DNA from: Parcubacteria group bacterium
GTDB taxonomy: Bacteria; Patescibacteriota; Minisyncoccia; Phycocordibacterales; Phycocordibacteraceae
Assembly (NCBI GenBank): GCA_028286525.1
Contig: JAQBRL010000021.1
Span: 1 to 53,719 of the forward strand
Length of the DNA stretch: 53,719 nucleotides
Reading direction: 5' to 3'
The notes beneath the pieces were generated by a model that was not told the origin of the DNA, did no database searches, and saw only the letters and a program-made list of their open reading frames with translations. The translations under genes and the position numbers were made by a program. Within the stretch, counting starts at the first letter, position 1, and each line of letters starts with the position of its first letter. Positions 24,321 through 34,160 of the stretch are shown piece by piece.

Positions 24321-24324
24321 CGCT

Positions 24325-25998
24325 ATGGCCGAAGGATATAAGCCTGGTTCTTCGAATAAAGCAGAAACGAACGAAGCCGCTCAGGTATCACCTGAACTCC
24401 TCAGCCTCCTAGGATCTGAAGATTCTCAGGCTATAGGACAAGCTCTGGCTACGCTTCGCAAAGAGATAGATGAGGCGCCCATAGTAGGACGTTCTTTAAC
24501 CGCCATACGCGGTAAAGAGCTTGTCATACCCATTACTACTGTTCCCCAGAAGCAGCGGGTACTCGAAGCGCTCTATGAGCTGGGTATCTTCCCATGGGAA
24601 GAGGAAGGCATGCTTATCGTGGATCATCACCGCGATATGGCGAAATTGCAGCTCACCGGCCTTACGAATGAAACGCCGTTAGTCGAAGAGGCCGTGCTGC
24701 CTCAAAATCTAGAGACATTGACCTTTCCGCTCGAACGGCACGATACGCTCTCGGAGCATCTAAAAAACCGTGAAGAGGTCATAAGAAACCTACCGAACGA
24801 GGAGAGGGGAACCCCGCCTTCGCGTCCGCGCATGCGGGAGCGCGATGTCAAAGACGAAGAAATGGAACCGGGACTCGATACAGAATTACAGGATCTTATT
24901 AATCGTTTCGATCAGGGCTTGATCGATGAAACGGATGAGGAATTTCAACGAAAAGTTGGCGTCTTTCCGACGTTAACGCTTTTCCCCCGCCAATATATAT
25001 GGCAGAAAGGCAATCCAATTGAAAAACGTACTGGCAAAATCATCACCAGAAAAGAGCGCGATACTATGTATGCACTCGCAAAAGAAGGAGACATATCGGC
25101 ACTCAATACATTAACCCGCATGCATACCGGACTCGTTATTGATGCGGTAGTGAGAGCTAAAGAAAAGTTTGGCGGGGATGCAGATGATCTCTTCCAGGAA
25201 GGAATGATGGGGATGGTGCGTTCTATACAGTTGTATGAGCAAGATGGAAAGGCTCAATTCTCGACGTACGCCATGTATGGGATTGAGCAGCGGATACGTC
25301 GCTTCGCATACCAGCACCGATTCCCAATCGTGCGGCCAGTGCATCTTAAAGAAAATCAACGAAAATTCCGGAAAGTTTCGAGTGTAGAGGACGCTACCGC
25401 AAGCGATCTTCCGTCTCGGGTGCGGGAACGCCTGGCTGATACCTTCAAGGAGGGGAACACGACCGCGGGATACGATCGTCTTGAACGTATGTACTTTCTG
25501 AATGCGCTGTTTGATCCCATATCTGATAATGAAAATAATGTTATCGATGCTAAGGGACGCGCTCAAGATGCATTCCTTCAAAACATGATCGATGGCGATA
25601 TTCCACCCGCAACATTCCATCGTGAACTTGAGGAATATGTAAAGACCATATTGCTTACTTTATCGCCACGGGAGGAGCGCATCCTTCGGCTTCGTTTTGG
25701 AATCGGTGACGATCAAGAGAATGGTTCAGGGCTTACGTTAGAAGAAATAGGAGAGAAGTTTTCTGTAACAGGATCTCGTATACGAGAAATAGAAGCAAAA
25801 GCGCTTCGTAAATTAAAGCATCCATCGCGCTCACGCAAGTTGAGATGGTTCATCGATTCCGCAGCGGATGAACCCTATCGATATGAGGAATGGAGCACTC
25901 GCCGAGCCCGATGGGATAAGGAACGGCGGATCCGTGACGAGAATATGGCGCATATCGAGAAGATGAAAAAAAGTCGCCTGCCTGACAACCTGGTATGA
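24325..25998 (+). CDS. Sigma-70 family sigma factor with ~250-aa unrecognised N-terminal extension
   Basis: Region 2 (DLFQEGMMGMVRSIQLYE..FSTYAMYGIEQRIRR) and region 4 (LSPREERILRLRFG..LTLEEIGEKFSVTGSRIREIEAKALRKLKH). Visibly lower GC than its neighbours. Confidence 0.85.
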   Translation: MAEGYKPGSSNKAETNEAAQVSPELLSLLGSEDSQAIGQALATLRKEIDEAPIVGRSLTAIRGKELVIPITTVPQKQRVLEALYELGIFPWEEEGMLIVDHHRDMAKLQLTGLTNETPLVEEAVLPQNLETLTFPLERHDTLSEHLKNREEVIRNLPNEERGTPPSRPRMRERDVKDEEMEPGLDTELQDLINRFDQGLIDETDEEFQRKVGVFPTLTLFPRQYIWQKGNPIEKRTGKIITRKERDTMYALAKEGDISALNTLTRMHTGLVIDAVVRAKEKFGGDADDLFQEGMMGMVRSIQLYEQDGKAQFSTYAMYGIEQRIRRFAYQHRFPIVRPVHLKENQRKFRKVSSVEDATASDLPSRVRERLADTFKEGNTTAGYDRLERMYFLNALFDPISDNENNVIDAKGRAQDAFLQNMIDGDIPPATFHRELEEYVKTILLTLSPREERILRLRFGIGDDQENGSGLTLEEIGEKFSVTGSRIREIEAKALRKLKHPSRSRKLRWFIDSAADEPYRYEEWSTRRARWDKERRIRDENMAHIEKMKKSRLPDNLV

Positions 25999-27101
25999 CC
26001 GTTGTCCTATTCATTCTCGTACTCGTCGCGCTCATCGTAGTGCATGAGTTCGGCCATTTCCTCGTCGCGAAGTGGTCGGGAATGAAAGTGGATGAATTCG
26101 GCATCGGGTACCCGCCGCGTGCCTGGGGTTTCAAAAAAGGGGAGACGGAGTACACGCTGAACTGGCTCCCGTTCGGCGGCTTCGTGCGCATCTATGGCGA
26201 GGACGAGCAGGACCGGGTAGAGGCGGCTCATGATTCCGCGCGAGCCTTTGGCTCACGCCCGCGCATCCTCCAAGCGCTCGTGCTTATCGCCGGCATCGCC
26301 ATGAACCTCATCTTCGCGTGGGTGCTGCTCACGACCACGCTTGCGCTCGGCACTCCGCAAGAGATCGACCCGAGCGACGTTGCGGGCGCTACGGACGTGG
26401 CGCTCCTCATCGCCGACGTGCTGCCCGGTTCTCCCGCGGCCGAGGCGGGCCTTAAGCCCGGCGACTCGATAACGCTCGCCACGATGGGCTCGCGCAACTA
26501 CACGACGCTCGACCCCCAAGCCTTCACGCAGTTCATCGCCGGGGACACCGATAACGAGCCGCTTACCATCCATGTGACGCGCGATGATAAGCCGCTCGTA
26601 CTCTTGGCACACCCGCGTGCAGGCATTCTTGCGAGCGCGCCCGCACGACCGGCGCTCGGCGTATCCGTTGCGCTGGTGGGTTCCGTGCCGGTTACCTGGT
26701 GGAAAGCGCCATGGGAAGGAGCGAAGCTCACGTGGGCGGTGACGAAACAAACCGCACAGGGTCTCTGGCACTTCTTCTACGGGCTCGCGACCTTCACTGC
26801 GGATCTTTCCCAAGTTTCCGGCCCCATCGGCATCGCGGGAGCGGTGGGTACCGCGTCCCGTCACGGCATCGCGGCGCTCCTCTCGCTTACGGCGGTCATT
26901 TCCATAAACCTGGCGCTCATAAACTTCTTGCCTATTCCTGCGCTCGACGGCGGACGGCTCCTCTTCGTCGTCATCGAAGCCATCATCCGCAGGCCGCTCC
27001 CCGCGTACGCAACGCGCGCGGTCAATACGGTCGGCTTCGGCTTGCTCATATTATTGATGCTGGTGGTGACCGCTCATGACGTGTTTAAAATATTCGGTTG
27101 A
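25995..27101 (+). CDS. rseP: RIP metalloprotease RseP (site-2 protease, M50)
   Basis: HEFGHFLVAK (HExxH), a PDZ-like middle region and NLALINFLPIPALDGG. ATGA overlap with the sigma gene. Confidence 0.9.
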   Translation: MTVVLFILVLVALIVVHEFGHFLVAKWSGMKVDEFGIGYPPRAWGFKKGETEYTLNWLPFGGFVRIYGEDEQDRVEAAHDSARAFGSRPRILQALVLIAGIAMNLIFAWVLLTTTLALGTPQEIDPSDVAGATDVALLIADVLPGSPAAEAGLKPGDSITLATMGSRNYTTLDPQAFTQFIAGDTDNEPLTIHVTRDDKPLVLLAHPRAGILASAPARPALGVSVALVGSVPVTWWKAPWEGAKLTWAVTKQTAQGLWHFFYGLATFTADLSQVSGPIGIAGAVGTASRHGIAALLSLTAVISINLALINFLPIPALDGGRLLFVVIEAIIRRPLPAYATRAVNTVGFGLLILLMLVVTAHDVFKIFG

Positions 27102-27709
27102 ATATGAAACAACTTGTATTCATTCATGGCGGCGAGACATTCGATACCTACGAAGCGTATCTAGATGCCCTCAAGAATGAGTACGTCTATGATCCTGAAG
27201 ACGAGAAGGGGAAGACTAAGCGCTGGAAGAATTCGCTTGCCGAGAAGCTTGGCGATAAGTGGGACGTGCATCTACCGCAGATGCCGTCAAAGTTCAACGC
27301 GAAATATTTGGAATGGTCCATTTGGTTCGAGAAAGTAATTCCGTATCTGCGTGATGAAATTATCCTTATTGGCCACTCGCTCGGAGGGATATTCCTTGCG
27401 AAATACCTTGCAGAGCACGAACTCCCGATACGCGTGAAGGCGACCTTCCTTATCGCAGCGCCGTTCGATACGCGCGATACAGACTATACGCTTTCAGACT
27501 TCACCTTGTCGGCCCTTGAGCCGCTTACGAAACATGCTGGAAAACTCTATCTCTATCACAGCAAGGACGACCCGGTCGTACCGTTCTCGGCGTTTGAGGC
27601 GTATCGCGAATTACTACCTACTGCTACTACGCGCGTCTTCGAGGACAGAGGGCATTTCATGCAGGAAAGCCTGCCAGAAATCCTGGAGGACATACGCTCA
27701 TTGGACTGA
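27098..27709 (+). CDS. Alpha/beta hydrolase (GHSLGG nucleophile elbow)
   Basis: 203 aa. VFIHGG.., LIGHSLGG, ..HSKDDPVVP.., GHF. YdeN/RBBP9-like layout. Confidence 0.7.
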   Translation: MNMKQLVFIHGGETFDTYEAYLDALKNEYVYDPEDEKGKTKRWKNSLAEKLGDKWDVHLPQMPSKFNAKYLEWSIWFEKVIPYLRDEIILIGHSLGGIFLAKYLAEHELPIRVKATFLIAAPFDTRDTDYTLSDFTLSALEPLTKHAGKLYLYHSKDDPVVPFSAFEAYRELLPTATTRVFEDRGHFMQESLPEILEDIRSLD

Positions 27710-27748
27710 TTTTGCCTTGCGTGGGCGGAGCCGTATACTCTAGGGGAC

Positions 27749-29038
27749 ATGCGGCAAAGCCAGCTTTTCACGAAGACGAGGAGGGAAGCTCCCAAAGACG
27801 AGGAGGCGAAGAACGCGCAGCTCCTTATCCGTGCCGGTTTCGTGCATAAGGAAATGGCGGGCGTCTATGCCTACTTGCCGCTCGGCCTGAAAGTACTCGA
27901 GAACCTCAAGCGCATCGTGCGCGAGGAGATGGATGCTATCGGCGGCCAGGAGCTCATCATGACCTCGCTTCAGCGCAAGGAACTCTGGGAAGTCACCGAT
28001 CGCTGGAACGACGAGAAGGTGGACGTGTGGTTCAAGTCCAAGCTTGCGAACGGCACCGAGGTCGGCTTCGGCTGGTCGCACGAGGAGCCCATCACCGACA
28101 TGATGAAGCGTTTCATCAACAGCTATCGCGACCTGCCTGCGTACGTCTATCAATTCCAAACGAAGCTGCGCAACGAGTTGCGGGCGAAGTCCGGCATCAT
28201 GCGCGGCCGCGAATTCGTAATGAAGGATATGTATTCCTACAACACGGACGAGGCGACCCACACGGCGTTCTATAATTCGGCTATCGAGGCATATAAGAAG
28301 GTATTCGCGCGTGTCGGCCTCGGGGACAAAACCTTCCTCACGGTCGCCTCGGGCGGTGCGTTCACGCAGTTCTCGCACGAGTTCCAGACTATTTCAGAGG
28401 TAGGAGAGGACACCATTTATGTACACCAAGAGAAGGGTATCGCTATCAATAAAGAGGTCATGACCGACGAGGTGCTCGCGCAGCTTACGGTGTCGCGCGA
28501 CGAACTCGAGGAGATGAAGTCGATCGAGGTCGGCAACATCTTCAACTTCGGCGGCATAAAATCGAAAGAGCTCGGCCTTTTCTATACGGACGAAGCGGGA
28601 GAGGAACTGCCGGTTCATCTGGGCTCCTACGGCATCGGCATCACGCGCTTGATGGGCGCCATGGTCGAACTGTTCGCGGACGAGAAGGGAATGGTATGGC
28701 CGGAAGCTGCAGCGCCCTTCCTCGTGCACCTGGTATCGGTAACCCCGAGCGACCCGGCAGCGGCCGCGTATGCGGACGCGCTGTATGACGACCTTATGAA
28801 GGCAGGCGTGGATGTGCTCTATGACGATCGCGACGCACGCGCAGGCGAGAAGCTTGCGGACGCGGACCTTATCGGCATTCCTGCGCGCGTTATAATCGGC
28901 AAGAATACGCTCGAAAGCGGAAAGATAGAATCGGTGTACCGCATGAACGGCGTGTCCACGCTGGTCACGCGCGAGGAACTCCTTGCGCTTGCGGCCGGCG
29001 CGCAGAAGCAGCATCGCTCGTCCCACGCGCATGGCTAA
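27749..29038 (+). CDS. proS: Prolyl-tRNA synthetase (short form)
   Basis: MRQSQLFTKTRREAP..AQLLIRAGFVHK..GVYAYLPLG. Class II motifs (FRNELR-like LRNELRAKSG, GIGITRL). TATACT lies 9 nt before the ATG. Confidence 0.9.
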   Translation: MRQSQLFTKTRREAPKDEEAKNAQLLIRAGFVHKEMAGVYAYLPLGLKVLENLKRIVREEMDAIGGQELIMTSLQRKELWEVTDRWNDEKVDVWFKSKLANGTEVGFGWSHEEPITDMMKRFINSYRDLPAYVYQFQTKLRNELRAKSGIMRGREFVMKDMYSYNTDEATHTAFYNSAIEAYKKVFARVGLGDKTFLTVASGGAFTQFSHEFQTISEVGEDTIYVHQEKGIAINKEVMTDEVLAQLTVSRDELEEMKSIEVGNIFNFGGIKSKELGLFYTDEAGEELPVHLGSYGIGITRLMGAMVELFADEKGMVWPEAAAPFLVHLVSVTPSDPAAAAYADALYDDLMKAGVDVLYDDRDARAGEKLADADLIGIPARVIIGKNTLESGKIESVYRMNGVSTLVTREELLALAAGAQKQHRSSHAHG

Positions 29039-30089
29039 GAAACGCTTCTCGCGCAACTCGCTCTTCTCAAGCGATATCGGTATCGATCTGGGCACCGCGA
29101 ACACGCTCGTGTACGTGCGCGGACGCGGCATCGTCATCGATGAACCCTCGGTCGTGACCCTCAACGAGAAGACGGGCCAGGTGGTCGCCGTAGGGAAGGA
29201 AGCGAAGGTCATGCTCGGAAAGACGCCCCCGCATATCCGCGCGGTGCGCCCTCTATCCCACGGCGTCATCTCGGACTTTGAAGTGACCGAGGAATTGCTC
29301 GCGTATCTCATCAATAAGGCGCAGGGCGGCCACTCGCGTCTGCTCGGGCCACGTGTGGTCATCGGCGTGCCTACCGGCGTCACGAACGTAGAGAGCCGCG
29401 CGGTGCGCGACGCAGCGCTTACCGCAGGAGCGCGCGAGGTGTACATCATGGAGGAGCCCATGGCAGGAGCCATAGGCGCGAAGCTTCCGGTCAACGAGCC
29501 CGTGGGCACCATGGTGCTCGACATCGGCGGTGGCACCACCGACATCGCAGTGCTCTCCCTGGGCGGCGCGGTGTCTTCGAAATCCTCTCATGTCGCGGGG
29601 GATCGCTTCAACGAGAACATCGCGGATTTCGTCCGCAGCGAATTCCAGCTCGCCATCGGAGAGAAGACCGCCGAGGAAACCAAGATAGCCATCGGAAGCG
29701 TGATACCGCTCGATGAGCCGCTCGAGCGCGCCGTGCGGGGTCGCGACCTCGCGACCGGCCTGCCGCGCGAAATAATCCTCACCGACGTGCACGTGCGCGA
29801 AGCGCTCGCTCCCTCTCTCGACAGTCTCATGGAGACGATGAAGGAAGTCATCGAGAACACGCCGCCGGAACTGCTTTCCGACGTGCTTGAGCGCGGCGTG
29901 ACGGTCTTCGGGGGTGGCGCGCTCCTGCGCGGCCTGCCGGAACTCCTCGCGAAGATGCTCGGCGTTCCCGTGCACGTCGCTCCGGACCCGCTTACCGCGG
30001 TGGTGCGCGGCACCGGCATCGTGACGGAGGACCCGCGTCCCTGGGCGGAAGTTTTCATGAACGAAGATGCCATTGTTTCGGAACGCTAA
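29031..30089 (+). CDS. mreB: Rod-shape protein MreB (copy 2, heads the mreBCD-mrdA cluster)
   Basis: Start MAKKRFSRN.. overlaps the proS stop by 8 nt. IGIDLGTANTLVYV..EPSVV..DIGGGTTD. Confidence 0.9.
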   Translation: MAKKRFSRNSLFSSDIGIDLGTANTLVYVRGRGIVIDEPSVVTLNEKTGQVVAVGKEAKVMLGKTPPHIRAVRPLSHGVISDFEVTEELLAYLINKAQGGHSRLLGPRVVIGVPTGVTNVESRAVRDAALTAGAREVYIMEEPMAGAIGAKLPVNEPVGTMVLDIGGGTTDIAVLSLGGAVSSKSSHVAGDRFNENIADFVRSEFQLAIGEKTAEETKIAIGSVIPLDEPLERAVRGRDLATGLPREIILTDVHVREALAPSLDSLMETMKEVIENTPPELLSDVLERGVTVFGGGALLRGLPELLAKMLGVPVHVAPDPLTAVVRGTGIVTEDPRPWAEVFMNEDAIVSER

Positions 30090-30867
30090 TCCCTATCGCA
30101 GGCGTACTGCCCTGATACCCGCAGGCGGTGTTTTTCTCATAGGTACCCTCATCGTGCTCGCGGTGCTCATGTTCCTGTTGCAGATCTTCGCGCCCGGACT
30201 TCTCGCGCGTGCCGCGGCTCCCGTGTGGCAGCTCGGTAACGGCATCGCCAGCGGATTCGCTGCAGGCACGAGCGTGTTCGGTAACGCCCCGGAACTGACG
30301 CGCGAGCGCGATACGCTCGCGGCGCAGAACCTCGCGCTTGCCGAAGATAATCGGACGCTTACCGCGAAGAACGCCGATCTCGAGGCGCTCATAGGCGCCG
30401 CGCCGCCTCCCGAGCACCGCATCCTTGCGGGCGTGCTCGCGCGACCGCCCGTCTCTCCCTATGACACCCTCGTCGTGGACGCTGGTTCCGGCAAAGGAGT
30501 CGTTGTCGGCGCGCTCGCATACGGTCCCGGCGGCGTGCCGCTCGGTACCGTCGCAAGCGCGTCGGACGTATCCGCTCATATCGCGCTTTTCTCCACGGGC
30601 GGCAGGGTTACGGAGGGGTGGGTAGGGGATACCCGCATTCCTATTACGCTTACGGGTCGCGGAGGCGGCGCGTTCGACGCAACGCTTCCGCGCAACAGCG
30701 GCATCGCAGTGAACGCGGTGGTATACGTGCCCGGCCCGGGCGCGCTTCCGGTCGGAACCGTCGTGCGCATCGACAGCAGTCCGTCTTCGCCGCGCGATAC
30801 CATCTACATCGCCCCGTACGTGAATCTCTATGCGCTGACCTGGGTCATGGTCGCATCGCATCCCTAG
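30067..30867 (+). CDS. mreC: Rod-shape protein MreC
   Basis: TM helix, coiled-coil (LTRERDTLAAQNLALAEDNRTL), then a beta-rich domain (VLARPPVSPYDTLVVDAGS..). Confidence 0.8.
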   Translation: MPLFRNANPYRRRTALIPAGGVFLIGTLIVLAVLMFLLQIFAPGLLARAAAPVWQLGNGIASGFAAGTSVFGNAPELTRERDTLAAQNLALAEDNRTLTAKNADLEALIGAAPPPEHRILAGVLARPPVSPYDTLVVDAGSGKGVVVGALAYGPGGVPLGTVASASDVSAHIALFSTGGRVTEGWVGDTRIPITLTGRGGGAFDATLPRNSGIAVNAVVYVPGPGALPVGTVVRIDSSPSSPRDTIYIAPYVNLYALTWVMVASHP

Positions 30868-30868
30868 C

Positions 30869-31120
30869 ATGCGCACGACTCTCGCCATCATTCTCGCGCT
30901 GGTAAGTCCGCTGGTCTTTCCGGCGGCGCTTACCCTCGTCGTCGTGCTCATCGCCTCCGTCCTCGTGCCGCCGGTAGGGCTCCTTGCAGGCGTGCTCACG
31001 GACGCGCTCTACTGGACGCCGAGCGTTTCGGTCCCGTACGCGACGATCGCCGGCCTATGCGCGAGCGTCCTCGGGTATGCCGTGCACCAGTTCATCAAAA
31101 CGCGTATTATAACCGGATGA
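30869..31120 (+). CDS. Small membrane protein in the MreD position
   Basis: 83 aa, 3 TM, between mreC and mrdA, with ATGA coupling to mrdA. Shorter than canonical MreD. Confidence 0.45.
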   Translation: MRTTLAIILALVSPLVFPAALTLVVVLIASVLVPPVGLLAGVLTDALYWTPSVSVPYATIAGLCASVLGYAVHQFIKTRIITG

Positions 31121-32787
31121 AGTTCGGCGGCAGACGCAGGCGGCGGGATCCGGAATTAGCGCCGGATGAGATATTCCTCGATTCCTCGAACCTGCCCGAT
31201 TTCGACCAGAGCCGCCTGGAAGGCCGCCTCGAACGCCCGATTTCCCAGAAGACGTTTGCCGGCGTGGCGGTCGTCGTAGGGCTCATGTTCATCGCGCTGG
31301 TCGCGCAGGCGGCGAACCTCGAAGTGATAAAAGGAAGCACGTATGCGCAGCAGAGCGAGAAGAACCGGCTTCGTCCGGGCATTCTTTTCGCCGAGCGCGG
31401 CGCCATCCTCGACCGCAACGGCGTACCGCTGGTCAGCAACGAAGCGACCGCGGACGGGAGCGTGCAGCGCGTATACAAGACACCCGGTTTCTCCCATCTG
31501 CTCGGGTACGTTTCCTATCCGCGGAAGGACTCGTCGGGGCATTACTACAACACCGACATCACCGGACTCGCCGGTATCGAAGCGGCTTTCAACAGCACGC
31601 TCGCGGGTATCAACGGCACGCTCCTGGTAGAGGAGAATGCGCTCGGCAAGACCACGTCCGAAGGTACGGTCAAGCCGCCGGTCAATGGCCAGAACCTGAC
31701 CCTTTCCATCGATTCTCGGGCGCAGGATGCGTTCTATCACGCGATATCGCAGCTTGCCGACAAGATCCCGTTCCAAGGCGGCTCCGGCATCCTGCTCGAT
31801 GTGAACACCGGCGAGATACGCGCGCTCGTCTCGTATCCTGAATACGATCCGAACGTCTTGTCTTCCGGCGGGCCGTCGGACGTCATCGCGTCCTATGCAA
31901 GCGACACGCGTCAGCCGTACCTCGACCGCGCGGTGACCGGATTGTATACGCCCGGCTCCATCGTGAAGCCCATAGAAGCGTCCGGCGCGCTTACGGACGG
32001 CATCATCACCCCCGAGTACACCATCAACGACCCAGGGTACCTCAGCATTCCGAATCCATACGACGCATCGCATCCAAATATCTTCAAGGACTGGAAAGCC
32101 ATCGGCGTCGAGGACCTCCGCAAGGCCATCGCGTTCTCGTCCGACGTGTATTTCTACACGGTGGGCGGCGGGTACGGGAGCCAGAAAGGGCTCGGTATCG
32201 AACGCCTGAAGTACTGGTACCAGACGTTCGGCTTCACGAAGCCGACCGGGGTCGAGCTGCCGCGGGAAGCATCGGGATTCGTGCCGGACCCGGCGTGGAA
32301 ACTCAAGACCTATAAGCAGCAATGGAATATCGGCGACACGTACCACACCGCCATCGGGCAGTACGCTATGCAGGTCACGCCTATCGAAGCGGCGCGTGCC
32401 ATCGCTGCGATAGCGAACGGCGGCAAGCTCATTAAGCCCACGGTCCTCGCGAATCAAAGTCCGCAAGGAGAATCCATCGCCGTGTCGCCCGCCGCGCTCC
32501 AGGTCGTGCGCGAAGGTATGCGGCAGGGCGCGCTCGAAGGTACATCCATCGGGCTATCCGACCTTTCGTTCGTGCATATAGCAGGGAAGACCGGTACTGC
32601 GCAGCTCGGGCTCCATAACGAGTACTACAACTCCTGGGCAGTCGGATTCTTTCCGTATGAAAATCCCAAGTATGTCTATGTCGTGGTGATGGAGCACGGA
32701 CCCTCCGGCAACGCGCTCGGCGGCATTTATGCGGTGCATCAGGCGCTCTCGGAACTTCACTCCACCGCTCCCGAATATTTCCAATAG
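31117..32787 (+). CDS. mrdA: Penicillin-binding protein 2 (elongasome transpeptidase)
   Basis: Start MKFGGRRRR. STVKP-type PGSIVKP (SxxK), SSDVYF (SxD/N) and KTGTA motifs. Confidence 0.9.
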   Translation: MKFGGRRRRRDPELAPDEIFLDSSNLPDFDQSRLEGRLERPISQKTFAGVAVVVGLMFIALVAQAANLEVIKGSTYAQQSEKNRLRPGILFAERGAILDRNGVPLVSNEATADGSVQRVYKTPGFSHLLGYVSYPRKDSSGHYYNTDITGLAGIEAAFNSTLAGINGTLLVEENALGKTTSEGTVKPPVNGQNLTLSIDSRAQDAFYHAISQLADKIPFQGGSGILLDVNTGEIRALVSYPEYDPNVLSSGGPSDVIASYASDTRQPYLDRAVTGLYTPGSIVKPIEASGALTDGIITPEYTINDPGYLSIPNPYDASHPNIFKDWKAIGVEDLRKAIAFSSDVYFYTVGGGYGSQKGLGIERLKYWYQTFGFTKPTGVELPREASGFVPDPAWKLKTYKQQWNIGDTYHTAIGQYAMQVTPIEAARAIAAIANGGKLIKPTVLANQSPQGESIAVSPAALQVVREGMRQGALEGTSIGLSDLSFVHIAGKTGTAQLGLHNEYYNSWAVGFFPYENPKYVYVVVMEHGPSGNALGGIYAVHQALSELHSTAPEYFQ

Positions 32788-33062
32788 AGAAGCCAAAGAG
32801 AAACGACGCCCGTGAGGACGCCGTCTGGGTGCATCTGCGCACCCGCTAGAAGATCCACCGTATGACCCAGGCGAGGAGCGTAGGACGCTCCTTCGTCCCG
32901 AACCAATAGCGGTGATTGCCTGTCGAGGTGATTCGCATGGGGGAGCCTTTCCCGTTCGAGGATCAGTTTTCACTATACGTATAGGTACCTGGCGCGCAAG
33001 TCATTGACGCGCCCTCGGGCTCCCGTACAATACCTACACGCATTAGTCAGAAGCATATTTAC

Positions 33063-33533
33063 ATGACCGACCAGGATACGATTGTGAGCCAGGAGAAGTT
33101 CGATGAGATGCTCGCCGAGCTCGACAACCTCAAGACCGTGCGCCGCACCGAGATAGCCAAGAATCTCGAATACGCCCGTTCCCTCGGTGACCTTTCCGAG
33201 AACGCGGAGTATCAGGAAGCCCGCGAATTGCAGGCGGCGACCGAGGAACGTATCCGCAAGCTCGAAGAGCTCGTGAAGCGCGCCCACATCATGACGGACG
33301 GGAAGAAGAAGGATGTCGTCGGATTCGGGTCCGCGGTCTCCATCAAGAAAGAGGACGGGGGAGACGTGCATGAGTACACCATCGTCGGTTCCGAGGAGGC
33401 CGATATGCGGGCGCATAAGCTCTCGCATGTATCGCCGCTTGGCGCCGCCATCATGGGCAAGAAGAAGGGCGAGGTCTTCACGTTCGAGACGCCCAACGGC
33501 AAGCAGACCTACTCCATCGAGAAAGTCTCCTAG
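33063..33533 (+). CDS. greA: Transcription elongation factor GreA
   Basis: ..LGDLSENAEYQEARE.. coiled-coil finger plus a C-terminal FKBP-like domain (..VSPLGAAIMGKKKGE). Confidence 0.9.
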   Translation: MTDQDTIVSQEKFDEMLAELDNLKTVRRTEIAKNLEYARSLGDLSENAEYQEARELQAATEERIRKLEELVKRAHIMTDGKKKDVVGFGSAVSIKKEDGGDVHEYTIVGSEEADMRAHKLSHVSPLGAAIMGKKKGEVFTFETPNGKQTYSIEKVS

Positions 33534-33534
33534 G

Positions 33535-33660
33535 CAGAAGTTCCAAAACTACTCCATCTGCGTTGTTACGAGTTCGTGCTCGTTCGTCACCGTACTGTTT
33601 GTACGGCTCCTCGCTCGCATTCCTCACGCCTAGCATCTGAAGCAGTTTTGATTCTTCTGG
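33535..33660. other. Imperfect long inverted repeat (H3) just after the greA stop
   Basis: Arms 33535-61 and 33633-60, about 20 of 27 positions complementary. Apical CCGTAC-TGTTT-GTACGG. Confidence 0.35.
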
Positions 33661-33712
33661 AGTTAAAAGATGAAAGGGCGGTCCGTGAGGACCGCCCTTT
33701 GCCGTACGCCCT

Positions 33713-34120
33713 CTACTGGACCGTACGTGATGCCTGTACGCAGATCTGATGCAGGCGCAAGAAGTAGTCAGTCAGGTGAACCCCCTCGAACCTGCCATTG
33801 ATCAGGCGGCGTGGATTCACGATGCAGACGGTATCGGCGCGCACCGTCCAGTTCATGTTCGCCATGAGCCAGTTCAAGAGGCGTTCGTCGAGGTCAGAGC
33901 CCATTTTTCCCTTGATGCAGAGCTCATGGACGTAGGGATGGCCGTAGCGCTCGCTGACGGCACCGAGCACCAGTAGATGGGAACCGGTAGGTGCGCACGG
34001 GTCACTACCGGTCAGGCGCCTGGTTTCGAAGTTAAGGTGCGCCATGTCCGATTCGATTAATTCCAGCCCTTGGATAGCCGGTACGCATTCTACGTGTGCA
34101 GCGATTACTTTCGTGTTCAT
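33713..34120 (-). CDS. Hypothetical protein (135 aa), orphan
   Basis: GGAGA SD 7 nt before the ATG (MNTKVIAAHVE..). AAAGGGCGGTCC..GGACCGCCCTTT hairpin downstream. No family recognised. Confidence 0.55.
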   Translation of the reverse strand: MNTKVIAAHVECVPAIQGLELIESDMAHLNFETRRLTGSDPCAPTGSHLLVLGAVSERYGHPYVHELCIKGKMGSDLDERLLNWLMANMNWTVRADTVCIVNPRRLINGRFEGVHLTDYFLRLHQICVQASRTVQ

Positions 34121-34160
34121 CAACGTTCTCCCCATACTTCAAAGATCTTTTTGCCGAAGC

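Noticed and set aside
28394-29975. 383-aa and 240-aa minus-strand ORFs
   Set aside because: They lie opposite proS and mreB copy 2 and have shadow-frame composition.
31156-32466. 436-aa minus-strand ORF
   Set aside because: It lies opposite mrdA, which carries SxxK and KTG motifs. It is a shadow frame.
32830-32940. 30-aa minus-strand ORF MRITSTGNHRYWFGTKERPTLLAWVIRWIF
   Set aside because: It has a weak SD-like GGAAAGG and only a poor hairpin downstream. The evidence is insufficient to call it.
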